64,000 nucleotides of DNA from an uncultured Deferribacteraceae bacterium (GTDB taxonomy: Bacteria; Chrysiogenota; Deferribacteres; CAMZNJ01): the NCBI GenBank assembly GCA_947313855.1, contig CAMZNS010000017.1, positions 12,555-76,554 on the forward strand. Direction: 5' to 3'. Position numbers and translations under genes: made by a program. Below, piece by piece: positions 38,095 through 47,840 of the stretch. The notes under the pieces are model-generated. The model was given only the letters and a program-made list of their open reading frames with translations. It did no database searches and was not told where the DNA came from. The first letter of the stretch is position 1, and the number at the start of each line of letters is the position of its first letter.

Positions 38095-39540
38095 ATGGAC
38101 TACTTAATGAGTATTGCCGACTACATTATTAACCTCGGCAACGATATCGTCTGGACGTATGTGATTATACCCCTGCTTCTCGGTGCTGGTGTATTTTTTA
38201 CATACCGCTTAGGGTTTGTTCAATTCACACATTTTGGTCATATGTTTTCTGTATTAAAAAACAGCAGAAGGCATGAAAAAGGTGACATATCATCGTTTCA
38301 AGCGTTATCCACTAGCCTTGCCGCACGTGTTGGTACTGGTAACCTTGCTGGTGTGGCTGTTGCCATTACCCTTGGGGGTCCCGGTGCCATCTTTTGGATG
38401 TGGCTCATTGCTGTTATCGGCATGGCAACCTCTTTTGCCGAAAGCACCTTGGCACAAGTGTACAAAGAGCGTGATCATGAGGGTAAGTTCCGTGGTGGCC
38501 CTGCCTACTATATCCAGAAAGGTCTTGGGCTTCGTTGGTTAGGAGTTCTGTTCGCCGTATTCCTGATTTTCGCGTTCGGATTATTCTTCAACGCTGTACA
38601 GTCTAACACAATTGCAGCATCGTTTGAGCATGCATTCAACATCCCTAAGTGGGTGAGCGGTGTGTTTGTTATTGCTGCGGCAGGCATAATTATTTTTGGC
38701 GGACTCAGAGCCATCGCCCGCTTTGCTGAGCTAGTTGTACCATTCATGGCACTTGCTTACCTTGTGGTTGCGGTGTTCGTGCTTGTTACCAACATTACAG
38801 TCGTGCCACAGGTGCTTGCAACCATCGTCACTTCCGCCCTTGGTATCGGTCAGGCAACTGGCGGTGTTGCTGGATACGCAATATCTGCGGCCATGATGAA
38901 CGGTATTCGTCGCGGACTCTTCTCCAACGAAGGTGGTATGGGTTCCGCACCAAACGCAGCCGCAACAGCCACACCATACCCGCCACACCCCGCATCGCAA
39001 GGGTATGTGCAAATGCTTGGCGTGTTCATCGATACACTAGTAATTTGTACGGCAACAGCCACAATTATCCTGCTCTCGGGCGAATTCAAACCGCATATGG
39101 AAACAACAGGCATCGCTCTCACACAGATGGCACTCGTTTCGCAAGTCGGTGCATGGGGCGACGACTTTATCGCCATCATACTATTTTTCTTCGCCTTCAC
39201 AAGTATCGTTGCAAACTACTCTTACGCCGAAACAAATATTTTGTTCATCGCTAAAGGGAACACAAAAGTAATAATACCATTCCGAATAGCCGTGCTAGGG
39301 GTCACAATGCTAGGATCCTTAGCAACACTACAAACAATATGGAATGCGGCAGACCTATCCATGGCTCTAATGGCAACAATAAACATCATCGCAATACTGC
39401 TTATGTATAAAATTATTGCCAAAGTTGCCAAAGACTACAACACACAAAGGCGACAAGGGCTATTGCCAACATTTGATCCATCGAAATTCCACGAACTCAA
39501 AGGGAAAATCGATACCGACATTTGGGCTCAAAAAAAATAG
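38095..39540 (+). CDS. Alanine/glycine:cation symporter (AGCS family)
   Basis: ISSFQAL.TSLAARVGTGN.AGVA, GGPGAIFWMW, RGGPAYY, KRGLFSNE-like RRGLFSNEGGMGSAP; AGGAGG SD. Confidence 0.93.
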   Translation: MDYLMSIADYIINLGNDIVWTYVIIPLLLGAGVFFTYRLGFVQFTHFGHMFSVLKNSRRHEKGDISSFQALSTSLAARVGTGNLAGVAVAITLGGPGAIFWMWLIAVIGMATSFAESTLAQVYKERDHEGKFRGGPAYYIQKGLGLRWLGVLFAVFLIFAFGLFFNAVQSNTIAASFEHAFNIPKWVSGVFVIAAAGIIIFGGLRAIARFAELVVPFMALAYLVVAVFVLVTNITVVPQVLATIVTSALGIGQATGGVAGYAISAAMMNGIRRGLFSNEGGMGSAPNAAATATPYPPHPASQGYVQMLGVFIDTLVICTATATIILLSGEFKPHMETTGIALTQMALVSQVGAWGDDFIAIILFFFAFTSIVANYSYAETNILFIAKGNTKVIIPFRIAVLGVTMLGSLATLQTIWNAADLSMALMATINIIAILLMYKIIAKVAKDYNTQRRQGLLPTFDPSKFHELKGKIDTDIWAQKK

Positions 39541-39596
39541 GGGACAAGATTAGGGATTCCGAAAAATAAGAAACTCTAAGACGTTGTACACAATAG

Positions 39597-39653
39597 AAAA
39601 GCCACTGATTACGGTTTTACATTGATAATGTAAAACATAATCGGTGGCTTTTT
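39597..39653. terminator. Long bidirectional intrinsic terminator between convergent genes
   Basis: AAAAGCCACTGATTA..GTTTTACATT-GAT-AATGTAAAAC..TAATCGGTGGCTTTT. Confidence 0.8.
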
Positions 39654-39730
39654 GCGTCGGTGGATGTGCGTCGGTGGATGTGCGTCGGTGGATGTGGCGT
39701 CGGCGGATGCTGCGTCGGTGGATGCTGCGT
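39654..39730. repeat. ~5 x 14-16-bp tandem repeat GCGTCGGTGGATGT
   Basis: Read directly. Confidence 0.9.
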
Positions 39731-39758
39731 ATGAAACAAACACCCTTACCACGAAAAA

Positions 39759-40814
39759 CTAATCATCATAAAGATAAATAGACTCCGGATGGTGCGTAAA
39801 TATAAACCCCTGCGAATAGCTCAAACTAAACTCGTGATTATCAAGAACTTTCAAGGCAGATGAACTATCCTCATTGCGATTGTCACTGTAACCACGCAAT
39901 ATCAGGCTATCAGAGGCAAGGGGGAGAGACATCGATATTGTTTCCGACTCCAATAAGGTCGAAATAACACCAAGGTCGTCACTACGTGCATACTGGCTCG
40001 CACCAAAAATATGGGTCGCACCAACACCTTCACCCAAATCCTTACGTATAATGTTGGCAATATACTTGCGAACACCCACAACCAAATTTGAAAAAACAAT
40101 ATGATAAAAGTAGTACCCCTTGTAATCATGGCTATCCAACAACAACCTGAGGGTCGAACTGGCAGCTTCACCCAAGGTAAACAAACCCAAAGGAGCAACA
40201 TCAACATTGCCCATGGTCCCCTCAAAGATACCCCCCTCAATGTGGGACAATGGGCTCGACTCGGTGAGGCTCGACTCGGTGAGGCTCGTCGCTGGATGAA
40301 AATAATCGGGTATGTTGCGAAATGGTGGCACCAAAGAACGACGGAAAAGAAGAGTATGCTGACGACCCGAAGACAAATCCCCCGAATAAAACATCTCCGG
40401 AACCTGACTCAATAATAAAAAATTGCCACTACTTTGTGCATAAAAATAACCGTACCTGTAGCTAATATCTACCAACTTATTGCTCACAATATCCTTGAGA
40501 ATAGATCGGTACGTTTGGTTTGGACCATTATCCAACAGCTCCAAATAACCCTGAGGAGATAAACCACGATTTTTGTAACCCCACTGCTCGATAACAGCAG
40601 TTTGATCCAAAATAGCATTAATACTGTCTAACGTAAGGGGTATAACGCCACTCTTTGCACCGAAAAACGGAGGCACAGGGGTCGACACCGAAGGGGGATG
40701 CTCCGAGGGTGAATCAACAAACTGCAACGACGCAATAGCATCACCACTATGACTTTTATAAGGACAAGTACAACCACCCATAACCCCTCCTGCTTTAAAC
40801 GCACAAATAGCCAT
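39759..40814 (-). CDS. Hypothetical protein
   Basis: 351-aa ORF with G/T-ending codons like its neighbours; in-frame 15-bp duplication (LTESSLTESS); no confident family. Confidence 0.6.
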   Translation of the reverse strand: MAICAFKAGGVMGGCTCPYKSHSGDAIASLQFVDSPSEHPPSVSTPVPPFFGAKSGVIPLTLDSINAILDQTAVIEQWGYKNRGLSPQGYLELLDNGPNQTYRSILKDIVSNKLVDISYRYGYFYAQSSGNFLLLSQVPEMFYSGDLSSGRQHTLLFRRSLVPPFRNIPDYFHPATSLTESSLTESSPLSHIEGGIFEGTMGNVDVAPLGLFTLGEAASSTLRLLLDSHDYKGYYFYHIVFSNLVVGVRKYIANIIRKDLGEGVGATHIFGASQYARSDDLGVISTLLESETISMSLPLASDSLILRGYSDNRNEDSSSALKVLDNHEFSLSYSQGFIFTHHPESIYLYDD

Positions 40815-40920
40815 CCGTAAAAAATACTACAACACAACAGTGCGTAACTTTAGTGTAATACTATTTTTTACAAATGGCTATAACTTTTTCGACTAGTCAA
40901 AAATATTGTCTACCTAGACG

Positions 40921-42783
40921 CTACTGCTCCTTGTAAGCACTGTTGATCTTAATCGTTGCCTTCGCCTTAAGCGAGAGTATGAACTCGTCCATAGCAGCAG
41001 ATCTTTTCGCCGCGATTACTTCTCGACGTGCCCTATCCTCAAACGACCTAAAGCTTGGTGCACTTGGGTTGTAGTAACTTAAAATCATTTTTACCACAAC
41101 AGCAGAACCGTCGTCATTAGCAATAACTGTGTTCAGCACCCCACCCTCCTCTAGGTTGATGAAGTCGTTTACAAGTTTTTGGTCACCCTGAAGCAGGTTG
41201 GCAACATTCTCTAAATTGTATGTTGTTAGCTCCCCTCGGGTTCCGATTTCGGGGTTGTCAAAGTTCGGGTTGGGTGACAGTAGCAGTGACTCGGCGTACT
41301 CCTTTGCAAGCATTGCTCCTGCGTACTCTTTGTAGTTGCCCATGAGTGAGCCGTCGTTTGTTGCCTCTTCCAGTGTTTTCACACGCATTGGTCGGTGCTC
41401 AACAAGTGAGACGAAGTAGACGTTGTCGTCCATTTCGAACGACTGCACATCGTTGAGGGGTGCATCTAGGACAGCGTAGATATCGTTGTTGCCTAGGAAG
41501 GTGAGCATGGTTGATTCGTTGATGTTGTTCATCTCTTGGAGTGGCAGGTTGTAGGTGTCGTTGAGGTAGTATATTCCGCCGTTGTTGTTTGATTCTGCCA
41601 CAAGGTCGCCCACAGGGTCGAGGTTTTGCGTCAAGGAGGCTTCGTAATCTGCTGTTACCTGCTGTTTGATGGTGTCGAAATTGAGTGCCTGTTGCTCTGT
41701 TAGGGCTTGCAGTTGTGCGATGTAGAAGGCATCATCTTTTTGTGAGAAGAATGCTGAGCCGTTGTTTAGGCTATTCACAAATGTTAGCTCGACGGGGATA
41801 TCCCCTTGTGTGAAGCTTCGGTTGTATGTTGGTGTTTCGAGTGTTGTTGTGTTGCTGAAGAATGTGTTGTAGGTGTTGAAGCTGGCACCGTTGTTGTTTA
41901 TTGCGGAGATGAAAGCTGTGACTTCGCTTTGTGTAACAACAAGGTCGTCGGACTTCACCACTAGGGTATTTACAACAAATCCTGCTGGTGTGCTATATTT
42001 CTGTATATTTTGTTGGTAGTAGTTTTGTAGTTCGGTGTCTGTTGGTGCCATTGCTGAGGCTGATTGTGCTATTAGGTTGCTTTTGCTTGTGGTTACAACA
42101 ACGAGGTCGCCACTTTCCTCCACGGAGTAGTTTGCTATGTTGGCGTTGTAGTAGTCTTCTAGGATTTTGTCGGAGGCGTCGATTTGTTGGTTAAAGTTTT
42201 CTGGGGTGAGGGTAATGGTGTCGATGTTGTAGACGCTGAATACGCCTTTGTAGTAAGCTTTCAGTTCGTCTTCGTTGGTTGTGATGGATGTTGTTATGAG
42301 GCTTTGCACCCTTCCCATTAGCAGGCTGTCTCTGATGATGTTTTCGTATGCTTCCACAGAGAGTCCGTAGCTGTTGAGGAATCTGAGGTAGTCGGCTTCG
42401 TTGAAGTTGTTGATCCCCCCTAGGCTGTTGATGATGGTGTTACCTAGTTCGTATTCGGAGATGGTGAGTCCGATGCTTTTGCCGTACTGCCTTACTAGTT
42501 CGTCGTCGATGAGTTGTTCGATTGTTTGTAGGGAGAACTCTGTTGTGGTTGTGAAGTTAATGTTTGCAGGGTTTTGGCTAATATATCGTTGTGTATTTTG
42601 TTGCAGTGCGTTTTCGTATTCCACTTGTGTGACGGTGTAGTCGTTTATTTTTGCAACATACGGTTTGCCGATATCGAGGAAGCTGAAGATCCATGCGAAA
42701 AATATGGTACTACTGAACATTATTACCACTACTATTACCACCGCGGTGATAAATTTGTGGCTTCTCCGAATATTAATAAGCAT
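40921..42783 (-). CDS. ppiD: PpiD/SurA-N domain periplasmic chaperone
   Basis: N-terminal TM; YVAKINDYTVT..EY, LIDDELV.QY...GLTIS..EL, L..YY.AN...Y PpiD pattern; AAGGAG SD before ATG 42783. Confidence 0.8.
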   Translation of the reverse strand: MLINIRRSHKFITAVVIVVVIMFSSTIFFAWIFSFLDIGKPYVAKINDYTVTQVEYENALQQNTQRYISQNPANINFTTTTEFSLQTIEQLIDDELVRQYGKSIGLTISEYELGNTIINSLGGINNFNEADYLRFLNSYGLSVEAYENIIRDSLLMGRVQSLITTSITTNEDELKAYYKGVFSVYNIDTITLTPENFNQQIDASDKILEDYYNANIANYSVEESGDLVVVTTSKSNLIAQSASAMAPTDTELQNYYQQNIQKYSTPAGFVVNTLVVKSDDLVVTQSEVTAFISAINNNGASFNTYNTFFSNTTTLETPTYNRSFTQGDIPVELTFVNSLNNGSAFFSQKDDAFYIAQLQALTEQQALNFDTIKQQVTADYEASLTQNLDPVGDLVAESNNNGGIYYLNDTYNLPLQEMNNINESTMLTFLGNNDIYAVLDAPLNDVQSFEMDDNVYFVSLVEHRPMRVKTLEEATNDGSLMGNYKEYAGAMLAKEYAESLLLSPNPNFDNPEIGTRGELTTYNLENVANLLQGDQKLVNDFINLEEGGVLNTVIANDDGSAVVVKMILSYYNPSAPSFRSFEDRARREVIAAKRSAAMDEFILSLKAKATIKINSAYKEQ

Positions 42784-42841
42784 GCGAGCTCCTTGCAACT
42801 GACAGGTTTGGTTGTTTTGATTTTTATGTTTTTTAAAGACA

Positions 42842-42945
42842 AAGGGCAAGGATTCTAACCACTCGGCGTTGGGGGGTACCGTTGCTACTTTCCAGTCCTG
42901 GCGGGGTTATCCTTACCGCCGTTGGCAGACCCTACCCTTCATCAG
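42842..42945 (-). ncRNA. ffs: Signal recognition particle RNA (4.5S)
   Basis: Helix-8 signature CAGG-ACT-GGAA-AGT-AGCA (same architecture as E. coli CAGG-UCC-GGAA-GGA-AGCA); closing stem AGGGTAGGG/CCTTGCCCT; promoter immediately upstream. Confidence 0.88.
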
Positions 42946-42951
42946 TCTCAG

Positions 42952-42981
42952 ATTATACCACAACTGCCCCCCATTTTACAA
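42952..42981 (-). promoter_or_regulatory. sigma70 extended -10 promoter of ffs
   Basis: TTGTAA-18 nt-TATAAT with TGg extension. Confidence 0.75.
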
Positions 42982-43035
42982 TAAATTTTACTCAACCCAA
43001 AGGAAGATTTCCACTACACCTGATTTACCCCTGAT

Positions 43036-43051
43036 TGGCATCATAATTGCT
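43036..43051 (+). promoter_or_regulatory. sigma54 promoter of flgB operon
   Basis: TGGCAT-CATAA-TTGCT; GG-N10-GC. Confidence 0.78.
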
Positions 43052-43089
43052 TGCACCTTTTGTGAATATTTTTGCAGGAGTAGTTTGCT

Positions 43090-43494
43090 ATGATTAATAT
43101 GTTTGATGCACAGCATGTGGATACCCTTCAATACGGGCTCAACACACTGGATGCCAAACTGGGCACCATCAACAAAAATGTGGCAAATGTGGACACACCC
43201 TTCTACAAATCCCTGAAAATCTCCTACGAAGACGTTATGGCTCAACGTGAACAAGGGGGCGGAGACTTCCTAAACGCCACAAAACTCAACCACCTACAAC
43301 CACCTACTTTTAACCAAAACCCCGGAAGCTTTGTGAAATACCAAAACAACATGTCCATACGAAACGACTACAACGACGTTAACATCGACAACGAAATGGT
43401 GGAACTATCACAAACAAATATCATGTTCCAAGCCCTAAGCGACATGACCGCAGGGGAATTCCTCAGACTAAAAACATCCATTCGTGGACGATAA
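43090..43494 (+). CDS. flgB: Flagellar basal-body rod protein FlgB
   Basis: NVANVDTPFYK, RNDYNDVNIDNEMVEL. Confidence 0.92.
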   Translation: MINMFDAQHVDTLQYGLNTLDAKLGTINKNVANVDTPFYKSLKISYEDVMAQREQGGGDFLNATKLNHLQPPTFNQNPGSFVKYQNNMSIRNDYNDVNIDNEMVELSQTNIMFQALSDMTAGEFLRLKTSIRGR

Positions 43495-43562
43495 AATACT
43501 AGCACACTAACTACGCACACAACCGCACACAACCGCACACACCTGCAAAACGGAGAACAACT

Positions 43563-43985
43563 ATGCTAAACAATATCAACTTCCTGAAAACAATCGACCT
43601 CGCCGGAACAGGACTAAGTGCACAACGAATACGCATGAACGTTATCTCCTCCAACATCGCAAACGCAAACACCACACGCGTTCCCGGACAAGACGGACCA
43701 TACATCAAAAAAGACGTCGTCTTCAAGTACGTCCTCCAAGGGGAACACAAAGGCGGTGTACAAGTCGATCGTATCGCCGAAGACACAAAACCACCACTAC
43801 TCAAATACGACCCAACACACCCCGACGCCAACGAAGAAGGATACGTGGCTTTCCCAAATATCTCACCCGTCGAAGAGATGGTAAACATGATGGAGGCAAG
43901 TCGTAGTTACGAAGCAAACGTTACCGTGCTCAACACTGCCAAACAGCTAGCCCTCAGAGCACTAAACATCGGCAAAAACTCCTAA
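43563..43985 (+). CDS. flgC: Flagellar basal-body rod protein FlgC
   Basis: GLSAQRIRMNVISSNIANANTT, YDPTHPDANEEGYV.FPNI, EMVNMMEASRSYEAN. Confidence 0.96.
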   Translation: MLNNINFLKTIDLAGTGLSAQRIRMNVISSNIANANTTRVPGQDGPYIKKDVVFKYVLQGEHKGGVQVDRIAEDTKPPLLKYDPTHPDANEEGYVAFPNISPVEEMVNMMEASRSYEANVTVLNTAKQLALRALNIGKNS

Positions 43986-43987
43986 GG

Positions 43988-44092
43988 GGAACGGTGACGC
44001 GGTGATGACGATGGCGGCGACGCGGTGATGACGCGGTGATGGCGGTGACGGTGACGCGGTGATGACGCGGTGATTACGATGACGGTGACGGA
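43988..44092. repeat. Degenerate GACGCGGTGAT / GGTGAC tandem array between flgC and fliE
   Basis: Read directly. Confidence 0.85.
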
Positions 44093-44354
44093 AAAAATTT
44101 CCCGACAAAACAAAACACACCTGAAAATTACAAGTAGTGCACAGAAATCGGATACAAAAATAATTATCAAAACTATTCACATTTTCCAAAAAGTGTGATA
44201 TATTAGAACAACATAACCGTAGCCGACTTCTAAACAAATACTGAACCAACCACAGAAGAGAACACTCTTCAAGAAAGAGATAACACCCTTTAAACAAGGT
44301 GAACAACCAAGGTTGAACAAACAAAGTTGAACAACCAACAAGTTAACCTGAAAA

Positions 44355-44684
44355 ATGGCGGATATTATGGCTAACATCGACAAAAGTGCTTTCCTACTAC
44401 CAAATATTAACAACATCGGATCGGCGGCCACAAACACCGCTGCCAAACAAACATCCACTACGCCCACTGTCAACTTCTCAGACGTCCTAATGGGAGCCCT
44501 GCAAGACGTTAACTCAGCACAACTCACTGCCGACTCAGCCGTGCAAAGCCTTGCCGCTGGCGAAGCTAACATACAAGATACAATGATTGCACTGCAAAAA
44601 GCTGACGTTTCAATGAAGCTGATGCTCGAAGTTCGCAACAAAGTACTCGAAGCTTATCAAGAGGTAATGAGAACACAAATATAG
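44355..44684 (+). CDS. fliE: Flagellar hook-basal body protein FliE
   Basis: FSDVL..AL.DVN..Q, MIALQKADVSMKLMLEVRNKVLEAYQEVMR. Confidence 0.94.
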   Translation: MADIMANIDKSAFLLPNINNIGSAATNTAAKQTSTTPTVNFSDVLMGALQDVNSAQLTADSAVQSLAAGEANIQDTMIALQKADVSMKLMLEVRNKVLEAYQEVMRTQI

Positions 44685-44760
44685 TAATCGCTCTTAAAAT
44701 AGTGTAGGTGGTGGCAGTATTTGTCACCACCATCCCAACCCCCCCCGCAACTTCCACCGC

Positions 44761-44880
44761 ATCGCCCCCCGCAACTTCCATCGCCAATCGCAATCGCATC
44801 GCCCCCCGCAACTTCCATCGCCAATCGCAATCGCATCGCCCCCCGCAACTTCCATCGCCAATCGCATCGCCCCCCGCAAC
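44761..44880. repeat. 37-bp tandem repeat (~3.3 copies) with C6 tracts between fliE and fliF
   Basis: ATCGCCCCCCGCAACTTCCATCGCCAATCGCAATCGC at 44761 and 44798, shortened copy at 44835. Confidence 0.9.
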
Positions 44881-45084
44881 CAACAAAAAGTATTCGTAAT
44901 ATTTCTTGTGCCCACTTGCATTTTCTGCAATATCGGTGTACCATTGTGGAAAGGTTTATTTTATGTGTGTTTCAGCTTTGCACAGCTCATCATCACGGGG
45001 GTGATGTGGCTTTGAGGCTCACAACGTACCGTTAGAAGTTTGTTTGAATACTGTGTGTCAGTATTCTTCGAGGGTGTACAAATT

Positions 45085-46749
45085 ATGAATATTGATAGTC
45101 GAAAGCTGTACGAGCAGTTCCTTTCTGTTTACTCCAAGCTGTCTTACATCCAACGTTTGTCCATTGTTGTGGCGTCGGTGGCAACTCTTGTTGTTATCGT
45201 AGTGCTAATGGTATGGGCGAATGCTCCCACTTACGAAACCCTTTATGCTGAGCTTGGTGATGGTGATACTGTTGCCATTATCGACGAGCTTGATCGACAG
45301 AAAATTCGCTACACCATTACAGACAGCAATACCATTCAGGTTTCTGGCGATAAGATCTACTCCTTGCGTCTTGAGTTGGCCAAGCTTGGTCTCCCATCGG
45401 GGGGTTCCACATCGGGTTTTGAGCTGTTCGACTCTAGCTCCATCGGTGCCACACAGTTCCAAGAGGAGGTTGATTACCAGCGTGCGATTCAAGGTGAAAT
45501 TGAGCGTTCTATCACCTCCCTTGCTGCCGTGCAAGAGGCTCGTGTTCACGTTTATATCCCGAAAAACAATCTCTTCATCCTTGACGAGCAGGAAGATTCC
45601 AAGGCATCCATTATCATACGTCTACGTCAGGGCGAAACCTTATCAAGCCAAAATATTCGTGCCATCGCCTACTTTGTTTCAGGGGCGGTACGCGGATTAA
45701 CATTCGATCAGGTTGAGATTATCGACACACAGGGCAACCTGCTGAGCGACTTCCTTGGCGAATCCAACAACGCACTCTATCTTACTGCGACTCAGCTTGA
45801 GTATCGTCGTAAAATCGAGTCGTCTCTGGAGACCAAACTGAACTCCATGCTTGGGACAGTTTTGGGTAGTGGCAAGTCTATTGCTAGGGTATCAGTGGAG
45901 ATGGATTTTTCCAAGCGGGACTCCGTTGTGGAGGACTACGGCGACGAACCCGTACTGCGTAGCGAGCACACACTGGATATTAAGTCAACTAGTCGTGGCT
46001 CCCAAATTGCTGGCATACCCGGAGTTGAGCCCAACCTTGCTGAACCAAATATCCTCGACGACGGTCTCTTCAACAACTACTCTCGCGAAGAGCGTACTGC
46101 TAACTTTGAAATCGACAAAAGTACGATTTATGAAACACGCAACTACGGTGTTATCGATCGGCTCAGTGTTTCGGTCATTGTTGACAACCGTGCCGATACC
46201 ACATCTGCCACAGCTGGAGCTGTTCGACCTTGGACAGATGCCGAGCTTGTTACCCTGAGCTCACTGGTTTCCAACGCTGTTGGTGTAGACACTGCCCGCG
46301 GAGATACCATTGCGGTGGAAAACCTCCCCTTCGATGTACCCGCGGACTTAACAAACTCAGAATTTTTACAGCGGGAGCGACAGATGGAAATAGCAGCATT
46401 AATTTTAAAATACCTCACAATTTTAATAATCTCTTTCGCCTTCTACCTAATGATTGTTCGACCAATAATGAAGAAGATAGAGGTGGCACAAGAACTTGAC
46501 GCTAGCATGCTCGGTGAAGATGCCATAGACGCACAGATGCACGCACTCGAAATCTCCGTCGGCGATAGTAGTGCTTTCCCAAAAAGCCTGAGCGAACTGG
46601 AAAACGAAATCGAATCGGAACTGGACGAAAGTCAACCACTCGATGTTGAATCCATCAAATCACGGGTAATGCTCAAAAAAATTGAAGAAGCAGCCAACGA
46701 AGACCCCGAAATGGTAGTCAATCTTCTTCGCACAATGATCAAGTCCTAG
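45085..46749 (+). CDS. fliF: Flagellar M-ring protein FliF
   Basis: GFELFD, YQRAIQGEIERSI, ARVHV..P, KASI, GVDTARGDTI.V. Confidence 0.96.
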   Translation: MNIDSRKLYEQFLSVYSKLSYIQRLSIVVASVATLVVIVVLMVWANAPTYETLYAELGDGDTVAIIDELDRQKIRYTITDSNTIQVSGDKIYSLRLELAKLGLPSGGSTSGFELFDSSSIGATQFQEEVDYQRAIQGEIERSITSLAAVQEARVHVYIPKNNLFILDEQEDSKASIIIRLRQGETLSSQNIRAIAYFVSGAVRGLTFDQVEIIDTQGNLLSDFLGESNNALYLTATQLEYRRKIESSLETKLNSMLGTVLGSGKSIARVSVEMDFSKRDSVVEDYGDEPVLRSEHTLDIKSTSRGSQIAGIPGVEPNLAEPNILDDGLFNNYSREERTANFEIDKSTIYETRNYGVIDRLSVSVIVDNRADTTSATAGAVRPWTDAELVTLSSLVSNAVGVDTARGDTIAVENLPFDVPADLTNSEFLQRERQMEIAALILKYLTILIISFAFYLMIVRPIMKKIEVAQELDASMLGEDAIDAQMHALEISVGDSSAFPKSLSELENEIESELDESQPLDVESIKSRVMLKKIEEAANEDPEMVVNLLRTMIKS

Positions 46750-46832
46750 CAAGCTCACACCATAACTCTACACACCACTGAGCACCGATTACACTAGGCA
46801 CACACAAATACTTTGCAGGTAGGTTTTACATC

Positions 46833-47831
46833 ATGCAAGAAGAATTAGGGATCCAAAAAGTTGCTGCTCTTATGATTGCCATGGGGGAGGATACCACCTC
46901 CAACCTTATGTCCTACATGAGCGATGACGAGCTCAACGATTTGTCTCGCCAAATAGCCCTCACAAAAGTAGTGCCACCCGAACGACTCGATCGCATCATC
47001 GAAGAGTTCTACAACATGATTTTAGCAAAAAAATTCATCGCCAAAGGTGGACTCGATTACGCCAAAATGGTGCTCATCAAATCACTAGGACCCGAACGTG
47101 CACGCAAAATCATCGACCGACTCTCGAAAGTTATCGAACAATCCACCGGATTCGAATTCCTCTCCAAAGTCGATCCCAAACAGCTGTCCAAATTTATCAT
47201 CAACGAACACCCACAAACCATCGCCCTTATTCTCGCTCACCTCGAACCCGGACAAGCCGCATCAGCCTTATCACAAATGACCGACGACCTCAAAGCTGAA
47301 GTATCACTGCGTGTTGCTAGCCTCCAAGATATCTCACCATCCGTTGTTCGCACACTGTCCACAGTTTTAGAAGAGCGGTTCGAAGCACTTTCAAGCTACA
47401 ACGTTGAAGTTGGCGGTGTTAAATCTGTTGCCGAAATGTTCAACCGAATGGACAGAACCACGAGCAAAACAACACTGGGGATTATCGAACGCAACTCACC
47501 CGATCTTGCTATCAAAATTCGCGACCTAATGTTCGTATTCGACGATATCAAAGGGTTCCCACCTGTTGCTATTCAAGAGATTCTCAAACGCGTTGACAAA
47601 GAGATTCTTGCCATGAGCCTCAAAGGATCCGACGAAAAAGTGAAAAATACCTTCTTCGGAAGCATGTCCAAACGTGCTGTGGAAACCATGCAGGAAGAGA
47701 TGGGATACATGGGTGCTGTGCGTCTCCGAGATGTGGAACAAGCACAACACGAAGTCGTAAGCATCGTTCGCGAACTAGACGAAGCTGGTACCATATCCAT
47801 ATCAGCTGGCGAAGAAGAAACAGTCGTGTAG
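46833..47831 (+). CDS. fliG: Flagellar motor switch protein FliG
   Basis: GGLDYA..VL, EHPQTIALIL, MFVFDDI, NMS.R-like SMSKRA, VRLRDVEQAQ. Confidence 0.97.
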   Translation: MQEELGIQKVAALMIAMGEDTTSNLMSYMSDDELNDLSRQIALTKVVPPERLDRIIEEFYNMILAKKFIAKGGLDYAKMVLIKSLGPERARKIIDRLSKVIEQSTGFEFLSKVDPKQLSKFIINEHPQTIALILAHLEPGQAASALSQMTDDLKAEVSLRVASLQDISPSVVRTLSTVLEERFEALSSYNVEVGGVKSVAEMFNRMDRTTSKTTLGIIERNSPDLAIKIRDLMFVFDDIKGFPPVAIQEILKRVDKEILAMSLKGSDEKVKNTFFGSMSKRAVETMQEEMGYMGAVRLRDVEQAQHEVVSIVRELDEAGTISISAGEEETVV

Positions 47832-47840
47832 GTTTATTTT

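Noticed and set aside
42937-42946. Hammerhead ribozyme (CTGATGA)
   Set aside because: No matching GAAA/UH core geometry; region is explained by SRP RNA
44761-44880. 37-bp repeat as CRISPR
   Set aside because: Copies are contiguous with no spacers
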